Of a DNA stretch of 64,000 nt, positions 29,256 through 42,553 are shown one piece after another. The position numbers and the translations under genes are program-made. The notes under the pieces are model-generated. The model saw only the letters and a program-made list of their open reading frames with translations. It ran no database searches and was not told where the DNA came from. Each line of letters opens with the position of its first letter. Position 1 is the stretch's first letter. Origin of the DNA: Planctomycetota bacterium (lineage in GTDB: Bacteria; Planctomycetota; B15-G4); NCBI GenBank assembly GCA_038212275.1, contig JBBQUR010000009.1, forward strand, positions 64,001-128,000, written 5' to 3'.

Positions 29256-29853
29256 GCCGAGCCGCAGACGCCATCTCGAGGTCCTTCGCAGGCAGGGCAG
29301 CTGCAGGCCGGCCCGGGGGCCCAGCCCGGCGGCGGGGTGCGGCAGCCGCGCTCGCGCTCTACCTCGCGCCCCTTCTCGCGCCCCTTCTCGCGCCCCTTCT
29401 CGCGCTGGCCTCCGGCTGCGTCAGCATGCACAAGGGCGACCTCTACCCGGACGACCGCGACCGGGTCTTCGTGGCCTTCTTCACCAACGAGACCTTCTAT
29501 CGCGACGTCGAGTTCGAGCTCACCAACCAGGTCGTGGCCGAGGTCCTCTCAAGCCCGGGCCTGCACTTGTCGAGCATGGAAGAGGCCGATGTCGTGCTGA
29601 CCGGTCGCGTGCTCCGCGTCCGCCAGCACGTGCTATCGGAGAATCAGCAGCAGACCCCGACCTCATCCAGCACCTCCATCACCGTCGAAGTCATCGTCAC
29701 GGACGCCCGCACCGGCGAGGTGATCAGGAAAAAGAAGATGTCCCAGCAAGGCCAGTTCGTTCCCGCCCTGGGTCAGGACATCGAGACGGCACGGCGCGAG
29801 GCGTACTACTTTCTGGCACGTGACATCGTGCGGGTGCTCGAGGAGGACTTCTG

Positions 29854-29854
<1 letters not shown>
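29252..29854 (+). CDS. lptE: LPS-assembly lipoprotein LptE-like
   Basis: Lipobox ASGC; VFV-x-x-F-x-NETFY...E-x-x-LT, ADVVLTG, LA-x-x-IV; GTG overlaps the bamD stop. Confidence 0.75.
29363..29404 (+). repeat. 12-bp tandem repeat CTCGCGCCCCTT x3 in the LptE signal peptide (LAPL x3)
   Basis: Seen directly. Confidence 0.85.
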
Positions 29855-32112
<2,258 letters not shown>

Positions 32113-32121
32113 GTTGAGCGC

Positions 32122-33063
32122 ATGAGCTCGCGTGCGCTGCCGCCATCCGGGGCGACGCACGTGATGGGCGTGCTGAACCTCACGCCCGACAGCTTCAGCG
32201 ACGGCGGGCGCTTCGGCGGCGCCGCGCGCGATGAGCGTGCGCCGCGTCCCGACGCGCCGCTGCGGGCGCCTGGCGCCGCGTTCCGCCCGGATGTCGCCAG
32301 GGTGCTGACCGAGGCGCGGCGCATGGTCGCGGACGGTGCGGCGCTGCTCGACGTCGGCGCGGTGTCCACGCGGCCCGGCGCGGCGGACGTCACGCCGGAC
32401 GAGGAGTGGGCGCGGCTGGCGCCGATCCTTGCGCCGCTGCGCGCGGCGGTGTCCGTGCCGCTCTCGCTCGACACGACGAGCGCCGCCGTGCTCGAGCGCG
32501 CGCTGGCCGTCGGCGTGGACCTGCTGAACGACGTGTCGGCGCTCGGCGCGGACCCGCGCATGGCGGCCGTCGCCGCAGCCAGCGGACTGCCCGTCGTGCT
32601 CATGCACCGGCGCGGCACGCCGGCCACGATGCAGCACGCGCCGCACTACGAGGATGCGCCGGCCGAGGTGTGGCAGGAGCTGCTCGCTGCGATCGCGCGC
32701 GCAGACGCCGCAGGCATCTCGCACGAGCGCCTGCTGCTTGACCCGGGCATCGGCTTCGGCAAGCGCGCGGAAGACAATGTTGCCTTGCTTGCCGCGTTGC
32801 CCGCGTTCGTCGCCGCCGCGCATGCGGCCGGTGCCCGCACGCTGCTCGGCTGCTCGCGCAAGGCCTTCCTCGGCGCGCTCATCGCGCGCGAGAGCGATGG
32901 CGCGCCCGTTGCGGAGCGCGAGCACGCCACGACCGCGACCACCGTGCTGGCTGCGCTGGCCGGCGTGGACTTCATCCGCGTGCACGACGTCCGCGCCGCG
33001 TCCGACGCGCTGGCCGTGACGGCCGCCGTCCGCGCTGCCGAAGGAAGCCTCCTTCGCGCGTAG
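32122..33063 (+). CDS. folP: Dihydropteroate synthase
   Basis: MGVLNLTPDSFSDGG, STRPGA, NDVS, DPGIGFGK, SRK, RVHDV. Confidence 0.95.
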   Translation: MSSRALPPSGATHVMGVLNLTPDSFSDGGRFGGAARDERAPRPDAPLRAPGAAFRPDVARVLTEARRMVADGAALLDVGAVSTRPGAADVTPDEEWARLAPILAPLRAAVSVPLSLDTTSAAVLERALAVGVDLLNDVSALGADPRMAAVAAASGLPVVLMHRRGTPATMQHAPHYEDAPAEVWQELLAAIARADAAGISHERLLLDPGIGFGKRAEDNVALLAALPAFVAAAHAAGARTLLGCSRKAFLGALIARESDGAPVAEREHATTATTVLAALAGVDFIRVHDVRAASDALAVTAAVRAAEGSLLRA

Positions 33064-33212
33064 TTCAGTTCGCGTGACCATGAGAGAGCGACCAAGCGCT
33101 CCCCCCGCGGGAGCGCGCGGCGCCGGGCAGCCGGCCACCGCCGTCCCTCAGCCCGAGTGCCTCACGCCGGCCTGCTGCAGCGCCACGACCGGATGAGGCG
33201 CGCGCCGAATCT

Positions 33213-33485
33213 TCAGCGCACGGAGGAACCTGAACGTGGCGCCGGCGCACCGCGCAGCAGGCCCTCGACGCTGAGGTCCTCGTCGACGTCGGGCCAGTGG
33301 ATGCCGAAACCGCCGCCGCTGGGCTTCCAGTTGGCACGTTGGGCCGGTGTGGCGCCGAGCAACCGCGGGAACCAGGACAGCGGCACGGACAACGAACGGC
33401 CATCGGCCAGATCCACGACAAGCGCCGTGTCCGTGCAGTGCACGTTCACGACCCGCTCACCCGGCTTGTGATTCGAAGTAGCCAT
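33213..33485 (-). CDS. DUF2442 family protein
   Basis: LVVDLADGR-x-LSVPL-x-WFPRL-x-x-AT...GIHWP-x-x-DEDLSVEGLL. Confidence 0.92.
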   Translation of the reverse strand: MATSNHKPGERVVNVHCTDTALVVDLADGRSLSVPLSWFPRLLGATPAQRANWKPSGGGFGIHWPDVDEDLSVEGLLRGAPAPRSGSSVR

Positions 33486-33702
33486 GCCACGCCTCCAGGA
33501 GTTGGGCTTGGTGTGCCCACAGAATACTGCGGATCCGACGAAGGTCTACGGCGCCGAATCCCCGGTTGCGGGCAAGTCGCATCGATTCGAGCCAGAACTT
33601 GGCCGACTGATCATCGCGATCGACATGCACGTGGGGCAGTTCGTTCAGCTCGTGGCTGTGAAAGTAGACGCGGTATGGGCCGCTCCTCAGGACGGTCGGC
33701 AT
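33457..33702 (-). CDS. DUF4160 family protein
   Basis: MPTVLR-x-GPYR-x-YF-x-SHE...PHVHV...AKFWL...L-x-x-N-x-GF...AWH. Confidence 0.92.
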   Translation of the reverse strand: MPTVLRSGPYRVYFHSHELNELPHVHVDRDDQSAKFWLESMRLARNRGFGAVDLRRIRSILWAHQAQLLEAWHGYFESQAG

Positions 33703-33772
33703 CGTGTTCTTCCCGGCGAGCTACGGCGGACCTTGCCTCTCACTCGCTGACGGCAGCGCAGCCCTGGAGTTA

Positions 33773-34261
33773 CTCACGCACCGGCGCGGCACGCCGGCCA
33801 CGATGCAGCTCGCGCCGCATGACGATGACGCACCGCGCGAGGTGTAGGCCGAGCTGCTCGCTGCGGTCGCGCGCGCCGACGCCGCCGGCATCTCGCGCGA
33901 GCGCCTGCTGCTTGACCCGGGCATCGGCTTCGGCAAGCGCGCAGAAGACAGTGTTGCCTTGCTTGCCGCGTTGCCCGCGTTCGTCGCCGCCGCGCATGCG
34001 GCCGGTGCCCGCACGCTGCTCGGCTGCTCGCGCAAGGCCTTCCTCGGCGCGCTCAGCGCGCGTCCCGGCGACCCTGCGCAGCGCCCGGCCGCCGACCGTG
34101 ATCACGCCACGACTGCGACCACAGTGCTCGCCGCGCAGGCCGGCGTGGACTTCGTCCGCGTGCACGACGTGCACGACGTGCGCGCCGCCGCCGATGCGCT
34201 GGCCGTCATCGCCGCGATTCGCGCCGTGGCGGCGGGCCGCGCGGCAGGCCCTCCACGCTGA
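33773..34261 (+). pseudogene. folP: Decayed duplicate of the 3' half of folP
   Basis: Near-identical to ~32599-33035; lacks the N-terminal half; TGG->TAG at 33845-33847; GTGCACGAC duplicated. Confidence 0.9.
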
Positions 34262-34298
34262 GGTCCTCGTCGATGTTCGGCCGGGGGATCCCGAAGCC
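34236..34298 (-). pseudogene. Relic of the DUF2442 C-terminus
   Basis: Translates GFGIPRPNIDEDLSVEGLPRG vs GFGIHWPDVDEDLSVEGLLRG at 33249-33311. Confidence 0.8.
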
Positions 34299-34482
34299 CT
34301 GGTTGCGGGCCAGCCCCACCGGCGCCAGCCAGTCGTCGTCCGACTCGTCCCGCGCTCGCCAAGGCTCCCCGCGTGAGCGCGCGGCGCTCAGCAGCCGGCC
34401 ACCGCGCGCTCACCAGCAGACCGGGTTCTCGCCGGCCTGCTGCAGCGCCGCCCAGACCCCACCAGCTCCCATCAAGGCGCAC

Positions 34483-35850
34483 CTATTTGGACATGATCCA
34501 CTGCGCGAGGCGGCGCCAGGTCGGCGCCTGGCCCTGGCTCAGGATGCCGATGCGGAAGATCTTGCCGCCGGCCCAGATGCACAGGGCGGTGCAGAGCACG
34601 GTGAGCACGACGGCCAGCACCAGTTCCCACGCCGCGGGGCCCGGTGGCACGGCGATGCGCAGCATCATGAGGACGGGCGTGGCCGGCGGGAAGAGCGACA
34701 TGAGGCGCGACATCGTGCTGTCGGGGCTCTGCAGCACGGGCCCGAGGAAGAACATCGGGAACATGAGCAGCAGCATCATCGGGCCCATGAGGCTCTGCGC
34801 GTCCTGCATCTCGGAGCAGCTCGCGCCGATGGCCGCGAAGAGCGAGCCGTAGATGAGCAGCGCCAGGACCTGGAACAGGGCGAACCACATCAGAATGCGC
34901 GGCGTGATGGCCGCCGCAACCTGAGGCGGCAGGCCCGAGGCGTTGTTGAGGAAGATCATCCCCGCGCCGACGTAGATGAGCGACAGCGTGAGAGTCATCA
35001 ACACGGCCGCGAGCAGCTTGCCGAGCATGAGGTCGAAGGGCGGCACCGTCGCGACGAGCACCTCCGCGATCTTCTGCATCTTCTCCTCGAGCACGGCGTT
35101 GAGCAGCGAGGGCGCCGTGGACATGACGAGCATGAAGAGCAGCAGCGTGAGCACGAGCGGCACGCCGAAGTTGGCGGCCTTGTCCGACTCCGCGGAGCGG
35201 CGCACTTCACCGCTGGCGGTGCGTCGGGCCAGGCCCATCTCGCGCAGCGCCTCGCGCTGCGACAGGCGATCCACGAGGCCTTGATCGAGACCGGCCTGCG
35301 CGAGCCGATGGCTGCGCAGCGTGGAGTTCACGACGGACTCGATCCAGTCGGGAAGGTCGTTGTAGGTGGGTGTCTCGGTCTGCCAGCTGAACTCGCGGTC
35401 GGCGGCGTCGCTTTCGTCGGCGCGCGGCGTGGGCAGGTCGTGGCCGAGGATCACGAAACCGAAGATGTCGCCGCTGCGCACGCGCTCCGAGAGTTGCAGG
35501 TCGCTCGCGGCGGCATTCGATGCGCCGTCGGCGGCCGGCTCCACGCGCTGCGGCACGAAGCGCGGCTGCAACTGCTTGCCGGGCGTTCCGGCCGAGGGGG
35601 GCGCGAAGATATCCCTCTCGTTGCGCTTCGTGGCGGCTTCGTCCAGCGCCGTCCACAGCAGGCCGCCCGTTCGATCGACGACGGCGAAGGTGCGCGGCTG
35701 GGTGTCCTTGGCCTTCTCCGAGATGGCCAGCGCAATGAAGCTGCCGCCCATGAGCAGCGGCATGAGCAGCACGCCGATGATGAACGCCTTGCTCCGCACG
35801 GCCTTGAGGTACTCGGTGCGCGCGACGACGAGGGCCTTAACGGACATCAT
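34483..35850 (-). CDS. ABC-2 type permease (NatB/YhaP-like)
   Basis: VARTEY...VRSKAFII; VLEEK-x-x-KIAEVL; LMLGKL; multiple TM helices. Confidence 0.9.
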   Translation of the reverse strand: MMSVKALVVARTEYLKAVRSKAFIIGVLLMPLLMGGSFIALAISEKAKDTQPRTFAVVDRTGGLLWTALDEAATKRNERDIFAPPSAGTPGKQLQPRFVPQRVEPAADGASNAAASDLQLSERVRSGDIFGFVILGHDLPTPRADESDAADREFSWQTETPTYNDLPDWIESVVNSTLRSHRLAQAGLDQGLVDRLSQREALREMGLARRTASGEVRRSAESDKAANFGVPLVLTLLLFMLVMSTAPSLLNAVLEEKMQKIAEVLVATVPPFDLMLGKLLAAVLMTLTLSLIYVGAGMIFLNNASGLPPQVAAAITPRILMWFALFQVLALLIYGSLFAAIGASCSEMQDAQSLMGPMMLLLMFPMFFLGPVLQSPDSTMSRLMSLFPPATPVLMMLRIAVPPGPAAWELVLAVVLTVLCTALCIWAGGKIFRIGILSQGQAPTWRRLAQWIMSK

Positions 35851-36784
35851 CTGCTCCGCGTGCGCCCGAGGCTGCGGCGGCCGCGGCCTCCGGACCCGCG
35901 ATGCGCACGAAGATGTCGTGCAGCGACGGCCGGCTGATCTCGAAGAGCGACACGCGCGTCCGTTCCGCGAGGAACTGCAGCAGCGACTGCGCCGCGTCGC
36001 GCTGCGCGAGGCGCACCTCCTGGTAGTTGCCCATGTCGACGAGGGCCTCCACGGACGGGTGGCCGGCGAGCAGTTCGCGGGCGCCGTCGGCGCGCAGCCG
36101 CACGCTGTCCGTGCCGTAGCGGGCCTGGATGGCATCCAGCGTGCCGTCGAGCACCTTCTCGCCCTTGAAGATCATGCAGAGGAAGTCGCACATGCGCTCG
36201 GCCATCTCCATGTCGTGCGTGGAGAAGAGCACCGTGGTGCCGCGCCGGTTGAGCTCGAGAATCGCCTCGCGCAGCACGTTGAGGTTCACGGGGTCGAGCC
36301 CGGAGAAGGGTTCGTCCAGGATGACGAGGTCGGGCGCGTGCAGCACCGTCGAGATGAACTGCACCTTCTGCGCCATGCCCTTGGACAGCGCCTCGATCTT
36401 GCGCCCGCCCCAGGCCGAGAGCCCCATGCGCTCCAGCCACTCGGCGCCGGCGGCGCGGGCGTCGCGCCGGGGCAGACCCTTGAGCGCGCCGTAGTAGGCC
36501 AGCAGGTCCAGCACCTTCATCTTCTTGTAGAGGCCGCGCTCCTCGGGCAGGTAGCCGACCCGATCGTTGGCGGCCCGCGTGCCCTCGCTGCCCAGCACCT
36601 CGATGCGGCCTGCGTCCGGCAGGAGGATGCGGAGCAGCATGCGGATGGTGGTCGTCTTGCCCGAGCCGTTGGGGCCGATGAAGCCGTAGATGCATCCGCG
36701 CGGCACTGCCAGCGAGAGCTCGCGCACGGCCACGTGGGAGCCGAAGGTCTTGGTGACGCGCTCGAGCGCGACGGCAGCATCCAC
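35837..36784 (-). CDS. ABC transporter ATP-binding subunit
   Basis: GPNGSGKTT, LSKGMAQK, ILDEPFSGLDP, STH; GTG start preceded by GGAGG. Confidence 0.93.
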   Translation of the reverse strand: MDAAVALERVTKTFGSHVAVRELSLAVPRGCIYGFIGPNGSGKTTTIRMLLRILLPDAGRIEVLGSEGTRAANDRVGYLPEERGLYKKMKVLDLLAYYGALKGLPRRDARAAGAEWLERMGLSAWGGRKIEALSKGMAQKVQFISTVLHAPDLVILDEPFSGLDPVNLNVLREAILELNRRGTTVLFSTHDMEMAERMCDFLCMIFKGEKVLDGTLDAIQARYGTDSVRLRADGARELLAGHPSVEALVDMGNYQEVRLAQRDAAQSLLQFLAERTRVSLFEISRPSLHDIFVRIAGPEAAAAAASGARGADDVR

Positions 36785-36983
36785 GCTCGGCTCCTCCGGG
36801 AAAGGTGGCGCATCATAGCCACGGCTCGCGGAGACCCGGCAGCTCCGTATCGTGGCGCGGCGACGACGCGGCGAGCCTGCGTGCGCGGCTGTTCGCGCCC
36901 GTCCGGCCGGTGGCTTCCGGGCGCGAGTCGGGCTAACGTGGTGGCGCCGCGCCGACCGCCCGCGCGAGCTGAACCGAGGCCGC

Positions 36984-38165
36984 ATGTCCGCCGAGCGCTA
37001 CGACAATCCCTTCGAGCGGTACTCGTACCGCAGCCCGCTCATCGAATTGCTCCGTGCCGGCAGCGGTCGCCTCGCGTGCGGCCGCATCACGGTGCGCACC
37101 GCGCGCAGCTTCGGCTTCTGCTGGGGCGTGGACCGCGCCGTGGCCATGGTGCACGACGCCCTCGCGCAGCATCACCCGCAGCGGCGCCTCTGGCTGCTCG
37201 ACCAGATCATCCACAACCCGCACGTGAATGCGGACTTCAAGACCAAGGGCGTGCGCTTCCTGCGCGGCCCCTTCAGCGACCCGGGCGTGGACGATGCGCT
37301 GGGCCCCGACGACGTGGTGGTGATCCCCGCGTTTTCCGCAACCGTCGAGGACATGACGCACCTGCGCGCGGCCGGCTGCACCATCGTCGACACGACCTGC
37401 CCGTGGGTCATCAAGCCGCACAAGCGCACGCTCAAATACGTGTCCGACGGGTTCACCACGCTGATCCACGGCCTGGTGCGGCACGAGGAGACGCGCGCGA
37501 GCTGCAGCCTCATCGCCTCGCGCGGCGGGCACTACGTGGTGGTGGCCGAGAAGAACCAGGCGCAGCTCGTGTGCGACGTGATCATCGGGCGCCAGCCGGG
37601 AAGTCGCCTGGCCGAGGTGCTGCCCGCCGAGGCGATGTCGCGCGGCTTCGACCCGGCCGTGCACCTCGCGCAGCTCGGCACGGTGAACCAGACTACGATG
37701 CTGGCCAGCGAGACGCGGGAGATCGAGCGCATGGTGCGCGCGGCCATCGCCCTGCGCGACGGCGACGAGGCGGCCGGCACGAACTTCCGCGAGCTGAACA
37801 CGATCTGCCGCGCCACGCAGGAGAACCAGGACGCCGTCGCGGAAATCGCGGACGAAGACGAGCTGGATCTGCTCATCGTCGTGGGCGGCTACGACAGCAG
37901 CAACACGCGCAACCTCACGCGCGTCGGCGGCGCCCGCTTCCCCAGCTTTCACGTGGACGGGCCGGCCAGCATCCGCGCCCACGAGATCGTGCACCGCTGC
38001 CCCGAGACCGACCGCATCCTGACCACGCCCAACTGGCTGCCCGAGGGCGACCTCACGGTCGGCTTCACGGCCGGTGCCTCGACGCCCGACGTGCACCTCG
38101 GCGCGACGATCCAGAGCGTGCTCTCGGTGGCGGGTGCTCCGCTGGACGCGGCCCTCGCGCGGTGA
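36984..38165 (+). CDS. ispH: 4-hydroxy-3-methylbut-2-enyl diphosphate reductase
   Basis: FGFCWGVDRA, IHNP, DTTCPWV, HEET, NQTT, NTIC-x-ATQ, SSNT, AGASTPD. Confidence 0.95.
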   Translation: MSAERYDNPFERYSYRSPLIELLRAGSGRLACGRITVRTARSFGFCWGVDRAVAMVHDALAQHHPQRRLWLLDQIIHNPHVNADFKTKGVRFLRGPFSDPGVDDALGPDDVVVIPAFSATVEDMTHLRAAGCTIVDTTCPWVIKPHKRTLKYVSDGFTTLIHGLVRHEETRASCSLIASRGGHYVVVAEKNQAQLVCDVIIGRQPGSRLAEVLPAEAMSRGFDPAVHLAQLGTVNQTTMLASETREIERMVRAAIALRDGDEAAGTNFRELNTICRATQENQDAVAEIADEDELDLLIVVGGYDSSNTRNLTRVGGARFPSFHVDGPASIRAHEIVHRCPETDRILTTPNWLPEGDLTVGFTAGASTPDVHLGATIQSVLSVAGAPLDAALAR

Positions 38166-39067
38166 ACGCCGCTCCCGGCAGGATCACGCTGCGGAGTTTC
38201 GCGCCGGCACTCGCCGTGCTCGTGCTCGCCTGTCCGCTGCTCGCGCAGGCGCTGCCGCCTAGCCTGTCTCCCTTCGGCGACGAGGAACCCGAGCGCGCGC
38301 GCGACCTCGTCAGCGCGATCATCGAGATCGGCCTGCTGACGTGGTTCTTCTACATCCTGCTGAAGTTCCTGCACGGCAAGGCCGGGCTGGCCGTGCTCAA
38401 GGGCCTGCTCATCACGCTGGCCACGATCGTGCTGAGCCTGGCTGCGGTCTCCTTTCTGGCGGGCGTGCGCTTTCCGCGGCTGCAGGTCGCCGGCACGTAC
38501 ATGCTGCCGTTCATGATCGTGGTGCTGGTGGTGCTGTTCCAACCGGAGTTGCGCCGCGGCCTGCTGCGGCTCTCGGAGGCCGGCTCGATCATCACGCCCG
38601 GCAGCCCCGGTCACCTCTCCGACCTGTGCACCTCGTTCCGCGCCCTCGCGCGCCGCCACACCGGCGCTCTCGTCGTCTTCGAGCGCCAGACCGGCATCAA
38701 GGGCCTGCAGGACACGGGCATCCCGCTGGACGCCACGCTCTCCGGCGCGCTCATCGAGTCCATCTTCTATCCGAAGAGCCCGATGCACGACGGGGCGGTC
38801 ATCGTGCGAGAGGGGCGCATCGTCGCGGCGTGCTGCATGCTGCCGCTCACCGAGAGCACCGCGCTGTCGCGCGAACTCGGCACGCGGCATCGCGCAGCGA
38901 TCGGTGTCACCGAGGAGAGCGACGCGGTGGCGGTGGTCGTCAGCGAGGAGACCGGGCGCATCACCGTCGTGCATCGCGGGCGCCTGCAACCGGTGGAGGA
39001 CCCGCTCGGCCTCGACGCGCTGCTCGGCGAACTGCTGCACGCCTACGAGCCGGAAGAGGCCTCATGA
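38162..39067 (+). CDS. cdaA: Diadenylate cyclase CdaA (membrane-bound DAC)
   Basis: TM helices; LFQPELRR; catalytic MHDGA and GTRHRAA; VSEETG; GTG overlaps the ispH stop. Confidence 0.93.
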   Translation: MNAAPGRITLRSFAPALAVLVLACPLLAQALPPSLSPFGDEEPERARDLVSAIIEIGLLTWFFYILLKFLHGKAGLAVLKGLLITLATIVLSLAAVSFLAGVRFPRLQVAGTYMLPFMIVVLVVLFQPELRRGLLRLSEAGSIITPGSPGHLSDLCTSFRALARRHTGALVVFERQTGIKGLQDTGIPLDATLSGALIESIFYPKSPMHDGAVIVREGRIVAACCMLPLTESTALSRELGTRHRAAIGVTEESDAVAVVVSEETGRITVVHRGRLQPVEDPLGLDALLGELLHAYEPEEAS

Positions 39068-40182
39068 GCACCGACACCGGCCGTTCGCGGGAGTTCGGGC
39101 GTCGCCTCTGGCGCCTCGTCCGCCACGACATCGGGCGCAAGCTCACGGCGCTGGCCTTCGCGCTGGTGCTCTGGACGATTCTCGAGAACTTCGTGATCGA
39201 CGACGCCTCGCCGGCACTGGACGTGCGGATCGTGGCCACGCGCAGCGAGGCCGACACGCTGCGTGCGACGACGCCAGCCATCTATCTCGTCGTGCCCGAC
39301 GCGCTGCTCGTGCGCAACCTGTCCGTGCGCAGCGTGACCCTGCACGTCAAGGGCATCGCCGACGACGTGCGCAACCTGAACATGAACGCCGTGATCGAGT
39401 TCACCGTGGCGATGCTGGGCACGGCGGGCGAGAAGAGCTTCGACGTCCCGCTGGACCGCAAGCTCTTCAAGTCCGGCGGTGACCCGCCGGACCTGACGGA
39501 TTTCCGGCCGTCGCCTGAGTCGCTGCTGGTGACGCTGGCGTCGCGCCTCGAGACCGACACCACGCTCGGCTCGCTCAACGTGACCACCGAGGGCAGCCCC
39601 AAGGCCGGCTATTTTTTCCAGGAATCGCGCATTCTCGTGCGGCCCAACCAGGTGCGGCTGTCGGGCCCCAGCGCGGCCATCGCGGCGATTCGCGACGACC
39701 CCGAGCAACCGCGCCTCGCGCCCGTCCGGCTGATGGGCCGCAGCGCCACGGTGTCGCAATTCGTGGGCCTGCCCCAGGAGTTGCTCGACCAGGGCGTGAC
39801 CTTGCTGACGCCCGAGCACGTCGTCGAGGTCACGATCTTCCTCGAGCCCGAGGACGTCTCGCGCGAGCTGCTCTCCGTGCCCGTGACCTACAAGAACGAG
39901 GACGCGCTCAAGGCCAGGAAGTGGCAGGTCTCTTACAAGGACCTGGCGCTGGACCTCAAGATCACCGGTCCGCCGGGGGACCTCGACGGCCTCAGCAACG
40001 AGGAGCTCGTCCGGCGCATCGACCTGCAGTACGACTGGCGCGAGGCGACTCTGAAACAGGCGCGTCCCAAGGTGCGCGTGCTGCGCGAGGATCTGCCGCG
40101 CGCCGTGAAGGTGCACCTGCTCAGCGGCGACTCCGACCCGATCATCGAGTACCGGCTCGAGGACGTGAAGGGCACCCCGTGA
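39064..40182 (+). CDS. CdaR/YbbR-like protein
   Basis: K-x-x-AL-x-FA-x-x-LW anchor; G-x-PK-x-GY...V-x-P-x-x-V-x-LSGP YbbR-like repeats; position between cdaA and glmM. Confidence 0.75.
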   Translation: MSTDTGRSREFGRRLWRLVRHDIGRKLTALAFALVLWTILENFVIDDASPALDVRIVATRSEADTLRATTPAIYLVVPDALLVRNLSVRSVTLHVKGIADDVRNLNMNAVIEFTVAMLGTAGEKSFDVPLDRKLFKSGGDPPDLTDFRPSPESLLVTLASRLETDTTLGSLNVTTEGSPKAGYFFQESRILVRPNQVRLSGPSAAIAAIRDDPEQPRLAPVRLMGRSATVSQFVGLPQELLDQGVTLLTPEHVVEVTIFLEPEDVSRELLSVPVTYKNEDALKARKWQVSYKDLALDLKITGPPGDLDGLSNEELVRRIDLQYDWREATLKQARPKVRVLREDLPRAVKVHLLSGDSDPIIEYRLEDVKGTP

Positions 40183-41635
40183 CCCGGCGCTGGTTCGGCA
40201 CCGACGGCATCCGCACGCGCGCCGGCGAAGCGCCGCTCGTCCCGGCCTTCCTCCAGCGGCTCGGTCGCGCGCTGGGCGAGTTCGCCGCGGCGCAGGAGCA
40301 GGCCGCCGGGCATGACGGCCGCCTCGTGCTCATCGCGCGGGACACGCGCGAATCGGGGCCGGCCATCGTGCAGGCGCTTTGCACCGGGCTGCTGGCCGCG
40401 GGCGCTCGCGTCGTGGACCTCGGCGTGGTGCCCACGGCCGGCCTCCCGGTGGCGATGCGCGCGCGCGGTGCGGCCCTCGGCATCGTGGTCTCCGCCTCGC
40501 ACAACCCGTGGACCGACAACGGCATCAAGCTCTTCGGCGCGGGCGGCGCGAAGCTCTCCGACGCGACCGAGGAGCGGCTCGAGGCGGCCGTCATCGCGCT
40601 GGGCGGCGTCGCCTCGCTGACCACGGCCGCCGGCCCTGGCGCGGCGCCCGGCCCGGCAGCGGGCGCCATCGAGCAACACGACGGCGCGGCCGACTACCGC
40701 GCCTGGCTGCTGACCCGGTTCGCGGAGCTGGACCTCTCGGGCATCCGCCTCGCCATCGATTGCGCGCACGGCGCGGCGTCGTTCACGGCCGCGGCGGTCC
40801 TGGCGGGCCTCGGGGCGCGCGTCACCTCGCTCTTCGACGCGCCCGACGGCCGCAACATCAACGCCGATTGCGGCAGCACGCATCTCGGGGCGCTCGCGGC
40901 GCACCTGCGCGCGGGCCGCGAAGACTTCGGCCTGGCCTTCGACGGCGACGCCGACCGCGTCCTCGGCGTGGACCGCGCCGGCCGCGTCTGCGACGGCGAC
41001 CACATGCTCGGCTTCCTGGGGCCCTGGCTCGCACGTCGCGGCGAGCTGCCGGGCGGCGTGGTGGTGGCCTCCGTCATGAGCAACCTCGGGCTCCAGAAAA
41101 TGCTCGAGTCGCGCGGCGTGAGCATGCTGCGCTGCCCGGTGGGGGATCGCCACGTGCTGCACGCGCTCCGCGAAGGCCGCTACGGTCTCGGCGGCGAGGC
41201 GGCCGGTCACCTGCTCTTCCGCGAGGGCGAGCATTACATCGGCGACGGACTCTTCACCTCGCTGCGACTGCTCGCGGCGCTGGCCGACACGCGCACGCCC
41301 TTCGCCGACCTCATCGAGGCCGTGCCGCGCGTGCCGCAGGTGCTGCTCAACGTCCCCGTCACGAGCCGGCCGCCGGTGGACGCCCTGCCCCGGCTGCGCG
41401 CGCGCGTCGCCGAGGAAGAGGCGCGTCACGGTGCGGACCTGCGCATCCTGCTGCGCTACTCGGGCACCGAAAACCTGGCCCGCGTCATGGTCGAGGGCGT
41501 GGATGGCGCACTGGTGGACACGCTCTCCCGAGAGCTCGCCGCGCTCTGGACCGAAGAGATCGCGGTGCAGGCGTCCAGCCCGGCCCCGGGCGGCGCCCAC
41601 GGCACGTCTCCCGGCGCGCATCCCGGCCCGGCGCG

Positions 41636-41639
<4 letters not shown>
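40179..41639 (+). CDS. glmM: Phosphoglucosamine mutase
   Basis: FGTDGIR, VSASHNP-x-x-DNGIK, FDGDADR, VGDR, RYSGTE. Confidence 0.93.

Positions 41640-42553
<914 letters not shown>

Noticed and set aside
33959..34261. 100-aa ORF as a second functional FolP
   Set aside because: Lacks the N-terminal half and follows an in-frame TAG; treated as a pseudogene
35366..39067. 1233-aa ORF as a giant diadenylate cyclase fusion
   Set aside because: Only the last ~300 aa are CdaA; the rest overlaps the ABC genes and ispH
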